A stretch of 64,000 nucleotides of DNA, taken from IMG/VR virus record IMGVR_UViG_3300025769_000068; one strand, 5' to 3'. This document shows, piece after piece, positions 21,201 through 29,200 of the stretch. Position 1 is the first letter of the stretch. Each line of letters opens with the position of its first letter. The notes beneath the pieces are model-generated. The model saw nothing but the letters and a program-made list of their open reading frames with translations. It did no database searches and had not been told where the DNA came from. The stretch comes from a virus. Position numbers and translations under genes: made by a program.

Positions 21201-24152
21201 ATATTTGGCACTAATGATTCTGGCTCAACAAGACCGGCTCGACGCGCAAACAAATTAACTGATGATAAGTTCATAATTGTTGGTGTTCCTTACTTCAAAA
21301 CAGGCGTAACAAAAGTAACGTTCCCAGTTCTTCCGGGTTCAGGATATAGAGTATTTTTTGATACAATGTCCGCAACTCCAGATGAAAAATCTTCATTTGA
21401 ATATACTTTTTCAAATTGTAATAAAAAGGCCGGGGTGTTATCTAGTGGTACGTTAAAGAATATTGAAGATATAATTCACATGCCTAGTGATGAAAGTCAT
21501 AACAAAGTTAAATCCATTGATAAAGCTTTTGTTGGATTTGAGTTAGCTAAAGACGATAAGGGAGGTTCAAGATTAGATGCAGAAAATGGTGAAAAACTAA
21601 ACCCCTTCGAGTTCAACTATAAAGGCGATGTAAATACTGAAAGCATAAATCTTTATGTACCTAGTGGTGACGGTAAAGACCATGACAATGTTAATACGAT
21701 TGATGAAATTAGTATATACATAAATTCTAATTATATTAATTATCCAACTGGTGACTATGACAAATTACCCAAAACGCAAAGATTAATTGGTATATCTGGA
21801 TGTTTAGTTCCTTTCAGTTTTGAAGATGAACTAGTACCAGTGATGGGTATTCAAGAAGAAGTTATTCCAGCAGTTCCAGAACAAAGATTAATGATTCAAG
21901 AGACAAGACCTATTAGTACAAGCAGTCACAAGTACTGCCCTACTGATGAATGCAAAGAAATATTTACTAGTAGAGATCCTACTAATGTAATTGCAGACGG
22001 TCCAGTTGTTGCAGCTCAAGAAATTTATTTCCAAAAGCCATTTGATGTTGGCATGAACAGATCTAGAATTACAGTGCTTACAGACGCAAGTATGATACAG
22101 GGTCGTAGAATTGCAGACGAGGGCGGTGTAATTGATGAAAATGTTATAAGATTTTTACAAACCCTATATCCAACTACTTTTTTCCCCAAACAAATAGATG
22201 AGCTGTTGGACGATGAAGACATGGAAAGAGAATTTAAAGTCTATGACGTTATTACTAAAATTACTGCACCAGTTAAAGGTAGTCCTCAAAAGTTCTTTAA
22301 TTCTACTGGAAACTCTGGACAAATGATTAGATTTGCTGGAGATGGAACTCCTGCAACATCTGGTAGAGCTATGACTTTCTTCTCTGATGATGTAGATCCA
22401 ACCACTATTAATAATCATGGCTTTTTAAAATCACCTCTTCCAATGCAGATTGGAAAGGGCGCTCAAAAATTAACACCAAGAGATCCTCCATATCCAAATG
22501 AAGAGCAAGTTGATCAAATGAAACTAGGTGCAATTGAAGCATTCTCGTCTGCTCAGTATAGTTACGGTGGAACTGCTAAGTTTAGTGGAGTCATAGATGG
22601 AAAAATGTATCAAGATGCATATTACGGAGAGTTTCCACAAATTATTGGGGAAAAAGGCTATGACTATTTAGACTTTGATAAATTACCTTCTGGATATCCG
22701 GGTGATTTATTTGGTTATTCAGTTGCAATACAAGATAAAACTATTGCCATTGGTTCGCCCTTTGCGGCTTTCTCGTCAGAAACTCCTACTACTTGGTCTT
22801 ATGTTTCTGGGGTTACTGTTAAAAATGAACAAGCCTCTGGAACAGTGCTTGGTTATGGCGGTGGTGCTGGATCTGTATTCCTTTACGGAAAGGGTGAACG
22901 CACTCTTTCAGAGTATGGTGTTGTCGGAGGATTTAAAGGTTGGGAACTCCTTAAGAAATTTAGACCTCAAAGTATTAATGTTGGTCAAAACTTATGCTTA
23001 AACGGAATAAATGAAACTGCAATTTCACAAAATGTAACTAGACTTGGACCTAATAATTATAAAATAGCTGACCTTAGAGATAACTCTTTTGTTACGGATC
23101 AGTTTGGAGCTTCCGTTGATATTCACAGCGACACGATTGTAATAGGTGCGCCGGGACATGATTTCCCCAGCTTAGAACAAATGGAATTTGAAAGGGGTGG
23201 AGAAGCTAGCGGTGCATTTAATTATAAAGAATTTAATGTATCAATAGATATTCCTTTAAGAACTGTTTATGATGTGGGTGAGTCTGGTTTAAGACATCAA
23301 CTTAGCTTAAGCGGTAGTGGAACAACCGCTGTGCTAAATAATGGTGCGGCTTACGTTTACGAAATTATAAATGATGATTGGGAAGAAAGAACCAAGAGTT
23401 TTTCTTTTGTTCAAAAAATTGTACCAAAGGGTTATTTCTCCAGAGTACAAAAAGATTACGAAGGGATGCTAGTAGAAACTGCTGTTAGTGGTTCTGAAAA
23501 TGATTACTACGGCAGATCTGTTTCTGTTTATCAAGCCAATAGAGCAGATAGTAATTATAGTATAGCCGTTGGCGCTCCTGCTCATATGTGCGCCACTAGC
23601 GGAGATCACTCTTCGTTTGCTTCTGGGGTTAATACTGGAGCTGTTTACATATCTGATGGAATGCTAAGAAAACCTAGTTCTACTCTACCAAGTCCAGATG
23701 CTTCTATTTTTGCTACAGTTTACGCAAATTCTGGAATTGATAGATCTGATCCAAATGGAGATTATATATCATTACACTTTACAAATAATGGTGTTTATGA
23801 TCATATATTTAAATCTAATGGTAGATTATATACTAATGAAGATGGAGAGATATTCTTAGAGGCTTCTGGTCGAGATCCCGCAGATAGAAGCTTTACCGCC
23901 CATAGACCTTTAATACAAGAAATTACTGGAAAGTACGTACATGGAACTCCAGAAAAAAACTCAATTAGATTATTTGCTAGTGGTCAGGGTCCAATGGTTA
24001 GTGGGTCTTTACCTCTTTATAATCAGGCTAAAGGCTCGGCAATCGTGTATAATAATTTAGGATTATATGCTAGTGCTTCGACGGGCAGTATTTCAGGCGT
24101 TTTTGAAGGTTCTGGTTTGACGCTATATTCTTCAGGCGTACTTGGTTCATAG
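12273..24152 (+). CDS. Giant virion or adhesin protein with a LamG-like region and seven FG-GAP-like blades
   Basis: 3959 aa. Seven (D/N/R)-x-(F/Y/L)G-x-(S/D)(V/L)...(V/I/A)G(A/S)P repeats. LamG-like segment (GFAAYIRFSPD...LLSKW...LKLYVD). Ser-Gly-rich. Confidence 0.7.
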   Translation: MIQDCFSPKVSFKKAGVGKLRLGERAGLLQVRCQTDVNLKFDINLKAANTGDRLISSKMLGFATLKQTTTSDINVNRYFNLDNAFITTRYKLNPASIFARPSTSAFVSARPHKIAGTHDSYREFDNFVATEKLYPSGIEVFESGFNRIIGVASSIDDGVLIGNYLKNGLPSSRVTRDSIFLRSQERFGKPKDDHNNYKLVLEMDKPSTDMLESFLAIRVDAPIENFRSHKPLSYKFNNLKFTDPSGNLIVQYKDFTVKGESKYLSTVNPTTYLTEPLINNAKLDKDDSNYPLFFNESGYLLNIDVETSTLDDPFNVGFSNAFSEDNRPVGGRREDFRIISLEILSQGLSNFRNDAILPFSVQVPATGLRTERKIFPSNLLKYNFDTTIYPSGEHSLWTDNGNHTFNDVEDNSHLSNILRLDGNDKFIELSSTTAIADSGKLKLKFSHEPPTSAFRYADGAFQFAFSSNSFDAANKRQVSDIDSFFVVDEIELKVTAKKSASSRDYVIDAVGYSDDKLLHITPKIGGFLQNASGQHPSGIGVTPVSSGFANINDLGISTLPISDKFSYFETSGTNNLGGNHYSLPLTPIVNTTEFTEYTIPLDIYPDNVRLGKSVDYSMSSYFEHLYLDLFPFPSGAAISNISLLIKYRPSNALPLHTVAHEKEPLHKSEAKGYPSSSQSTDRKINSVIQNSGLSLIESIPHGYQSPTTIKTNYARRWRGVDGNVMTGPFQPTVFDFSFENPQLDAPFLNGTFDFTKIEDGFVLPNQSGLLDNNVSGFYNASFSSNLIENIGLRFNNSGLFVNQQRDYKTLDWTQTGSELSGKILDSFDKALRLSGPDANINFGSGISVSGGFAAYIRFSPDVSISGSSYNLWDSGVLLSKWNHGEELEFLLAYSGGHLAAHARDIDNNTISIYDSQDYTNYQYPLSVLLTYNDNLSSRLKLYVDSEIASGSYDLLRASSTSFFMASGNSPIVAGFSSASGVGTNVFATDVGLSFHNASGSNITESGINLDMKQTEVEGFFSGHRAKFWNAGESHVYDRYKLWSFVDQNTSKWKIGEFNFCMFDQNFSRFSKRVGRDYIQFKLSHSGFPYYQTTNLALPSGSIQTSGLAYHSQLENDMLRLDIGTIPDGDSHRLYSASPRISKNFPRGYKFEESAFVVDTVIQSQIDQEVNWNDGNTGPKLIVSLYAPQKDPTTYVESNFGLVNRHYHYLPFNGCMTKISSTFDYNDWIDKSEPWAEFNSRTASTEFDHKFYSDDIDKMFIQYDIAFPSGDKFTSNIKLHSINLNLENVLASGDAISSSGFALFASGNTLSSNALELFVDSLVNISGAQPSGLTLYSSGAAIPTVSGESPSGLLMSTLAYDPSTVSRASGMYLSLFSSGDATIGFDPNLIIHEGMYGIVNTDFNPVVNLFTEGGAFGVKVLDGALSISTFNDGILDSTSGDLFLFNQSAGLADPILDSGSITMFLHGVPELNPFIELVDTLPLYLGGVDLNITSSSSLDLRIIGQPIINGINNDIHLFTTNYNVAPGDLGQEFISWTNVNAGTGISTIESDYSYLESSDEIRGVDLTCYGDCESTDEPCTDPEIIIHGKNFGQDCVDGGIFRAKRLYTNLATSGFKTDVGYSGNYYGIRKFTGLIPHAPYDIQVFGRTAGEERKELPRSLSINYGTNENVHFSGIKLIADGIQGASGNTPPSSTTPRNAFDQYGKSVCVGKKYMVVGSPKHHVFDYDSRDLGEAGTVFVYERNSEPSGYDWSNQDDKSGFSFVSELTLPIGLKRDYAVAITSKDDPLQPQSDKKLPFPTTRAEWYNIGEGRNFGSSLDMSNSGESPTIVVGAPNSVWSRTFSDPVPTPIEVALFVFTRPFKEFKNVKRQGREAEETVIPGKKTYRDILPSISDVNFLYKYYSNPAVSVNLKVIIVEPNLTSGPAGDQDFIGGTEDVAFKFSISNHERGKFRGQSHTTQMFQQLQEIFHGPTSGIYPLDSSKINSGIPVIVGALVDDSLSMGNETLGENGNDAVDQFFDWYKEYSFASGVTNFSNEPSAGSTFRTSTDSGEDWIALSINLIKTVFDTGRMAASEDFKLFSTSVGTFNNNTARFNMPPPSGGAVFVYEEEFNDGKLEWNPIQIINSPTKSKDVYADRFGHDVAISDDKSTIVIGSPYIDEAISIYERNPYTFAHEYVGNWINRVGPNDKPFGYLRDKYRRFQELVPALGRGEAQKVLFNELNASGKLQLRIDEDIKAYELNQRYTHSEMKPTIPPDWEFLYSKFAPTPRLGYSVDTNSDGSIIAAGAPTDSVLNEDNEFVVWWRPGATHTSQWFSTTNAGSVTVLEGKKYYVHKNKAVEYTRLGNKHRILNEEEQGAGLFDHMTAIYRDAGIDFSILPNDEVDIPNDAGLMFMITPAIDGLSDEIVENIQNWLGLGDRHLVLVSDDPVYENSGVYGTTNNIVNELLTRLDSRIEVVPARSEYESLVGSNRRDNSPFNEMDLNIIPSFIPGGTTSFSYPGIKENSFSGLRGSGVADIKLNFPGIYSAYHCGERRNNLFETDLAGNETGAFPSYQELNDRCEMIPQHGGDLRAEWIDFCENPIGLGIITFPVNLAMAFGTQTEVTVGCCIEDCPPPPTGLPNREPIPLLVANEHSLEEKIIPAIPERIKEVEVVVGFETKTGGPFFSKDCFEEAQFYWTADSNNYKGLNTNLGFTSSPSKYITDNELVASRRSILRSKSHSEGQVINERNPIDHFNIISKEKYKDTTSEVYIISNTDMELREFLLNSEVDDKNLLIYRSILKSVNNSDEFLTRIAQLGGWTNRTAFKDGREDSYLEELLGFLPPDVAYNVDDLENHILTSTYDAAWIANTDQIIPSDDLNVLKAWLSRGDRKLFITCGRKDSSSDNQTITDQGIPLENVEALESLAAGLELNMRPLRLPVKNKVASMIDFFPDIEARFETFGELNDQMRDFGFGQEDFNAGASATFAIPAFNSLSISGGERIFGTNDSGSTRPARRANKLTDDKFIIVGVPYFKTGVTKVTFPVLPGSGYRVFFDTMSATPDEKSSFEYTFSNCNKKAGVLSSGTLKNIEDIIHMPSDESHNKVKSIDKAFVGFELAKDDKGGSRLDAENGEKLNPFEFNYKGDVNTESINLYVPSGDGKDHDNVNTIDEISIYINSNYINYPTGDYDKLPKTQRLIGISGCLVPFSFEDELVPVMGIQEEVIPAVPEQRLMIQETRPISTSSHKYCPTDECKEIFTSRDPTNVIADGPVVAAQEIYFQKPFDVGMNRSRITVLTDASMIQGRRIADEGGVIDENVIRFLQTLYPTTFFPKQIDELLDDEDMEREFKVYDVITKITAPVKGSPQKFFNSTGNSGQMIRFAGDGTPATSGRAMTFFSDDVDPTTINNHGFLKSPLPMQIGKGAQKLTPRDPPYPNEEQVDQMKLGAIEAFSSAQYSYGGTAKFSGVIDGKMYQDAYYGEFPQIIGEKGYDYLDFDKLPSGYPGDLFGYSVAIQDKTIAIGSPFAAFSSETPTTWSYVSGVTVKNEQASGTVLGYGGGAGSVFLYGKGERTLSEYGVVGGFKGWELLKKFRPQSINVGQNLCLNGINETAISQNVTRLGPNNYKIADLRDNSFVTDQFGASVDIHSDTIVIGAPGHDFPSLEQMEFERGGEASGAFNYKEFNVSIDIPLRTVYDVGESGLRHQLSLSGSGTTAVLNNGAAYVYEIINDDWEERTKSFSFVQKIVPKGYFSRVQKDYEGMLVETAVSGSENDYYGRSVSVYQANRADSNYSIAVGAPAHMCATSGDHSSFASGVNTGAVYISDGMLRKPSSTLPSPDASIFATVYANSGIDRSDPNGDYISLHFTNNGVYDHIFKSNGRLYTNEDGEIFLEASGRDPADRSFTAHRPLIQEITGKYVHGTPEKNSIRLFASGQGPMVSGSLPLYNQAKGSAIVYNNLGLYASASTGSISGVFEGSGLTLYSSGVLGS
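24045..24054 (+). promoter_or_regulatory. Candidate late-promoter motif GTGTATAATA
   Basis: Matches the motif at 3240 and 34338. It lies about 115 nt upstream of the 24170 gene but inside coding sequence. Confidence 0.3.
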
Positions 24153-24169
24153 CATAAAGGGAAAATAAA

Positions 24170-25708
24170 ATGTTAAAAGTTTATTATAATACAGATGCTC
24201 CTTCTTACATCAGGCCAGTTCCACTTGTTTCTATAGCCGAAACCCCCGTCAGGAATAAATCTGGAAAGTTTAGCACCCAGTATACCATTACTTTAAATGG
24301 TACATTAATCTCTCATACTGGTTCTCCGGTATATGATCCTGAAGATGACTTTACTGGCAATGGCCCTAATGATCATTTTGCTACAAGCAGCGCATTGCCA
24401 GCTAGCTATTCAGTACCTTCTGCAAAGCATTCTGAATCTATATTTAGTAAACAGAAAGACATTAGAGAATTATTTAGGAAAGATTACCAAAAAATTGAAA
24501 TATGTGGATATGATGGAACTGTTATTCACACGTCTTATCCTGTAGTAGAATCTATTAATTTTGAAGAAGGCACATATGTTGATACCTGTAATTTTACTGT
24601 TACTCTTACTGCTTATAACTTAAGTAGCGGAGAATTTATATCAGGTAGTCCTTCTGCTTCTGGAATAGAAGATTTTAGTGATAGTTGGTCAATAGAGTCA
24701 GAAGACATTTTTGGTCAACACGCAATCCCAAAAGCTTATAGGCTTACTAGAAATATTTCTGCAACAGCAGTAGTCAATAGTAGTGGAAATTCTTGGGAGT
24801 TTGCTAAAAATTATTTATTTGATGTAAAGGGTGTTAGCCAAACAGCTAGCAGTGGATATCCAGATCCTGACGGATTCGCTTCAGGTTCAATCAACATACC
24901 CCATTCATATTCGGGAGTTGATTTTTCTCGAACAGAAAGTATAGACGTTACAGCTGGAAGCTATTCACTATCCGACACTTGGCTATTGGTGGAATCTGGA
25001 AAACCTGCTATTGAAAATTCTAACATTTCCATTCAGGCTGGAACTGATACTCCTTTTACGACAGTTAGTATTGATGGCACTATAAAAGGAGTAAATACTA
25101 GTGGTGGTGGTAATAATAATGCACTTACCAATGCTAAAGATAAATATTTAGCTTTATCTAATAGTGGCCTTTTTGGTGTTGGATGTGATATATACAAAAG
25201 AGTAAATAATAGAGTTGCTCATAATTTAAATTCACAGCCCACTACGATAAGTCTTGCATTAAATGAGGGTGCTGGAGAAATTACCTATAATTTAGAATTT
25301 AATAATAGACCTGTAAATTTGTTTACGGGAGTTGTGTCCGAGACAATTAATATTAGTGACACTTACCCCGGAGATACTTTTGCTGTTGTTCCAATTTTAG
25401 GTAGAACTACTGGTCCATTGTTACAATATACCGGAAGTAGAACAGAATATAGAAGAGATGTTGGAATTGAAATAATTTTGGACTCTAGCGACATTGGATA
25501 TGGAGACACTAGGGGTGATTTAATTTTAAGAAAACCAAGCGTCAATGAACCAATAAGAACTGAGCTTACAAACCTAATAAAAACAGTTAGTCCAGCTAGT
25601 GAGTATGGAATTAGATCATACTTTCTTGACCCTCCCACAGAAAGCTGGAACCCAAAAACTGGTAGTTATAGTTTAAATCTTAGTTGGACTTATGAGTTAG
25701 ATAAATAA
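24170..25708 (+). CDS. Putative tail tip structural protein
   Basis: 512 aa, Ser/Thr-rich beta-type composition with repeated ...G(S/E)(Y/I)(S/T)(L/Y)... strand motifs, in the tail-tip position. Confidence 0.5.
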   Translation: MLKVYYNTDAPSYIRPVPLVSIAETPVRNKSGKFSTQYTITLNGTLISHTGSPVYDPEDDFTGNGPNDHFATSSALPASYSVPSAKHSESIFSKQKDIRELFRKDYQKIEICGYDGTVIHTSYPVVESINFEEGTYVDTCNFTVTLTAYNLSSGEFISGSPSASGIEDFSDSWSIESEDIFGQHAIPKAYRLTRNISATAVVNSSGNSWEFAKNYLFDVKGVSQTASSGYPDPDGFASGSINIPHSYSGVDFSRTESIDVTAGSYSLSDTWLLVESGKPAIENSNISIQAGTDTPFTTVSIDGTIKGVNTSGGGNNNALTNAKDKYLALSNSGLFGVGCDIYKRVNNRVAHNLNSQPTTISLALNEGAGEITYNLEFNNRPVNLFTGVVSETINISDTYPGDTFAVVPILGRTTGPLLQYTGSRTEYRRDVGIEIILDSSDIGYGDTRGDLILRKPSVNEPIRTELTNLIKTVSPASEYGIRSYFLDPPTESWNPKTGSYSLNLSWTYELDK

Positions 25709-26217
25709 TGGCATATACTAGACTAAAAGATAGCGAAAAACAATTAAAAGGAATAGAGGTATTTCCTTCTGGAGAAGGTCTATTCTTTGACGATGCAAAA
25801 CAGAGCGTTAATAGTCGTTATAATCGCGGCTTAGGGGGCGGTCTTAATAATAAAAATTCTTATAATACTGGCGAAATGCCAAGCGGTTTGCATTATGGTA
25901 AACCAAATAGTGTTCAAGATGCAGATGCTTTTACGGAAACGTTTGAACAAAGTGGAGCTTTTGTTGCCGCCAACGGATTATTATTTGATGGCATTATTTC
26001 AGATGATGATCACGCTGGTAAGGAAATAAACTATTTGTCTAACTCTCAAGACCGCGAAGTTGCTAAGTTTAAGCAAATAAATTCATATATTCATTACGTT
26101 CCTAATGCGGCTGGAGGGGTAGGAGAATTAGATCAAAGCGCTTTTTATTATGGGTATAACCCCCTAGCTGGAACGCCTGTTACTGCTAAATTTTATAGAT
26201 ACGGAAAACCAACATGA
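25708..26217 (+). CDS. Hypothetical virion protein
   Basis: 169 aa, coupled by TAATG and ATGA overlaps on both sides. Confidence 0.6.
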   Translation: MAYTRLKDSEKQLKGIEVFPSGEGLFFDDAKQSVNSRYNRGLGGGLNNKNSYNTGEMPSGLHYGKPNSVQDADAFTETFEQSGAFVAANGLLFDGIISDDDHAGKEINYLSNSQDREVAKFKQINSYIHYVPNAAGGVGELDQSAFYYGYNPLAGTPVTAKFYRYGKPT

Positions 26218-29200
26218 CCCACAATCCAGACAATTCTTATTCAAAAGTTGGAATACCTTCTAGTGCAAAAGGCGGGTTTGTTCAACAAACATTCTTGGGC
26301 GCATCTATTGTTGATTTTAATATTAGCGCTGGTTTTGGTGAGGATACTTCTACAATCAGTGCAAATCTGATTCCCGACGAGTTTAATAGTGGGGATGCTA
26401 TGGCGATAGGTCAAGGAGACGATGTTTATCATGATGGCAAAAAAGATAAATTTAGACCTCCACCAGTAGGCGCTCCAGTGTTTTTTAAATTTGGTCATGA
26501 TCTGGCAACCGTTTCCCAAGCGTTTCGTAAAACTTACGATGATATTTACCCTACAATATCAGCATCAAATAATGTGAATTATACAAAGTCTACCCATGCT
26601 AACAATGTGGGTCATTCTCATTTTGCTTTTGGTGGTATACTTCAAGCTGTTAACGAAACAAAAGAACCTAATGGTAATCCAAGATATTCTGTAAATGTAG
26701 TTGACCCTAAAGAAATTTTAGGTAATGTAGAATTGATATTGAATAATTATGCGGGAACTACTTTTAATAATCGTAATATGTTTAATCTTTATGGATTTTT
26801 AGAATATAATATACCAGAAAATATGCAGGAGAAACTTAATCTAGGTGGCGCTGCTGTTCTTGATGACCGAGACCCTTTAGTGAGAACTGAAAATCTTGAT
26901 GGAAGTATGAAATGGTCTGGAACTGACATGATTTATGGTGTGCCTTCAGTTATTATAGTAGGCGTTAATGATGGTGGCAAACCTACAAACGACAACATTG
27001 AAGAAACCTATGGGGGTTCTGCTACTCTACCCATGTTTCCACTTACAGGCACTGGTTTTTCACGAAGAAGCCCTCAAGGTATTCCTTACTACAGGGTGGC
27101 ACAAAGTCTATCAGCTTTATTTGGGTGGTATGGTAAAATTCCTGATATATACGTTGATGCTGGTTTTGGTGGCTATATAAATTTTCGTGGTTTTAATTAT
27201 GTATTAGATTTGTCTGGACTTCCAAATCTTAATCAATTTTACTTTTTTGACTACGACAAGATTACTTTATTAGATTTATTATTGGAAGTATGTGAAGTTA
27301 CAAATCACGAATTGATAGTTTCTTTACTACCAATTATTGAAGATCATCCAGCTTGTGGTATATATAAAGATATAAATGATGTGCAAATTGCTAAAGGCGA
27401 AGAAGGCATGGACGGTATCATTGCTGGAATCATTAGAGTTGACACTATTGATAGATCTAAGCCTCCACCAAATGGAGTGGTCAAAGGTTTTATAGATAAT
27501 CTTTTGGAGTCAGGAGTAGAGGTTACTAATACGAGTTTTGGTTCTGAACTTTCTAATGTGAATACGGACAAATTTGTAGTTGGCGCAAATGAAACAGAAA
27601 TGTACTACTTTACTGCAAATGCCGATAGAGCAGCAGCAGATACTAGAGTTCAGTGGAGTCTTGACTATTCTTATAAACAGCAGATACTACCATACTATGG
27701 AACTCTTCCGGGTAATTCTGTTCATCCAGAGACAGTTACAATACCAAAGGGTTTTGGTTCATATCAACAAATACTTTTGGATTCAAGTAAATTAAATGCT
27801 GTGGGTGTGGGTAATTTCTATGTTGCGACGGAGATAGAACTTAGAGCTGCTGCCGTATCTTTCCAAAGATGGTGTCAATTTTTATTACAGTATGATAGCG
27901 TGTACATGGAAAGTACTGAGGCAAACGATGTAGAAGAGGGGGCTGCTTTAACAGCCCAAATACCAGAGAATTTTGCCGTTGGTTTTAATCCTAGAATTTC
28001 AAATAACTACGCTGTTAGTGTACCAAGATCTGTTTGGCCTTCTGACAGAGATTTCTATAACGATGCGGGTCTTCCGGCATCTCCTTGCAATCCTCCGTAT
28101 GGTTATCCTCTCTATTATAAAAGGGCGACTCAAATTGGTTTGCCATCAGAAGGAGCGACTTCTGTTTCAGACGCTGCTGGTAATGCCCGTCGTAGAGAAG
28201 AAATAAAAGCTCAGATGAAAAAAGCCGCAGGTGAAGCTAACCAAAAGGCGAAGGAAGCAGAGAAAAACAGTAGTGGTGTGTGGGGGTTTTTGGAATCGGC
28301 ATCTAGTGTTTTTCTTAACACTTTAACTTCAGCTCTATCAATCATTCCCGGTTTTGGAGTTCTATCTACTATAAGCACAGCTTTCAATGTATCTAATTAT
28401 ATCGGTGGACCTCTTTCTGAGGTCGCTCAAAAAGTACTTAGCGTGTTAGCTGATAATGAAGAAATACCCGTTGTAGATAATAGCAACTTAAAAGCTCTTA
28501 ATGATACATTTGCTTTTGGTAATAGGCTTGGCAGGAAGGGTCTTAAAAATGCCAAGAAGGTATATGAATTTGTAAAAGGCGTGTCTGACGAATGCTTAGG
28601 CAAAAAGTTTTTAGTGAAGATGCCAAAGCAAGTAAATTTATTTTATGATACAGATCTTACTAAGTCTGGAAGCAGTATAGTTGCAGGGCCATTTGGTTTT
28701 CCCGCCAGAACAGTAAATCAAGAAGCAACTTATACAAATGACTTTAGCTCAAGGATTAGCGCTCTTGCCGCAAACGAACCTAGCATGAGAACATATTTAG
28801 TAAAAGACAAAAGATTTACTGAGCCAGAAGATAACTTCACGGGCGCTATGGAAGTTCATTACAATCCTATAACTGGAGAGTATGAATTTAATTATAAGCC
28901 TGATACGCAGGGTGGATTTTTTGAATATGATTTATTGTCTAACTTTTCTAGTAATCAACCTCTACACATACAACAAGGTTTAGCTCCTTCTGATACAGTA
29001 ATTTTTGACAATGGAAATAATAGAATTTCTCCTTATGTTCGTTTTGATCATAGTCAAAATTTATCATTTAAAGGTGTAAGAGCTAGCGAATTAACACAAC
29101 AGGCTAATAATGGCAGCTACATGGTTCCTGACCTGTCTTATAGTATGGATAATTTAACTGCTGGTAAACTAAAAAATTTACCACCTGCAAATACCTCAAG

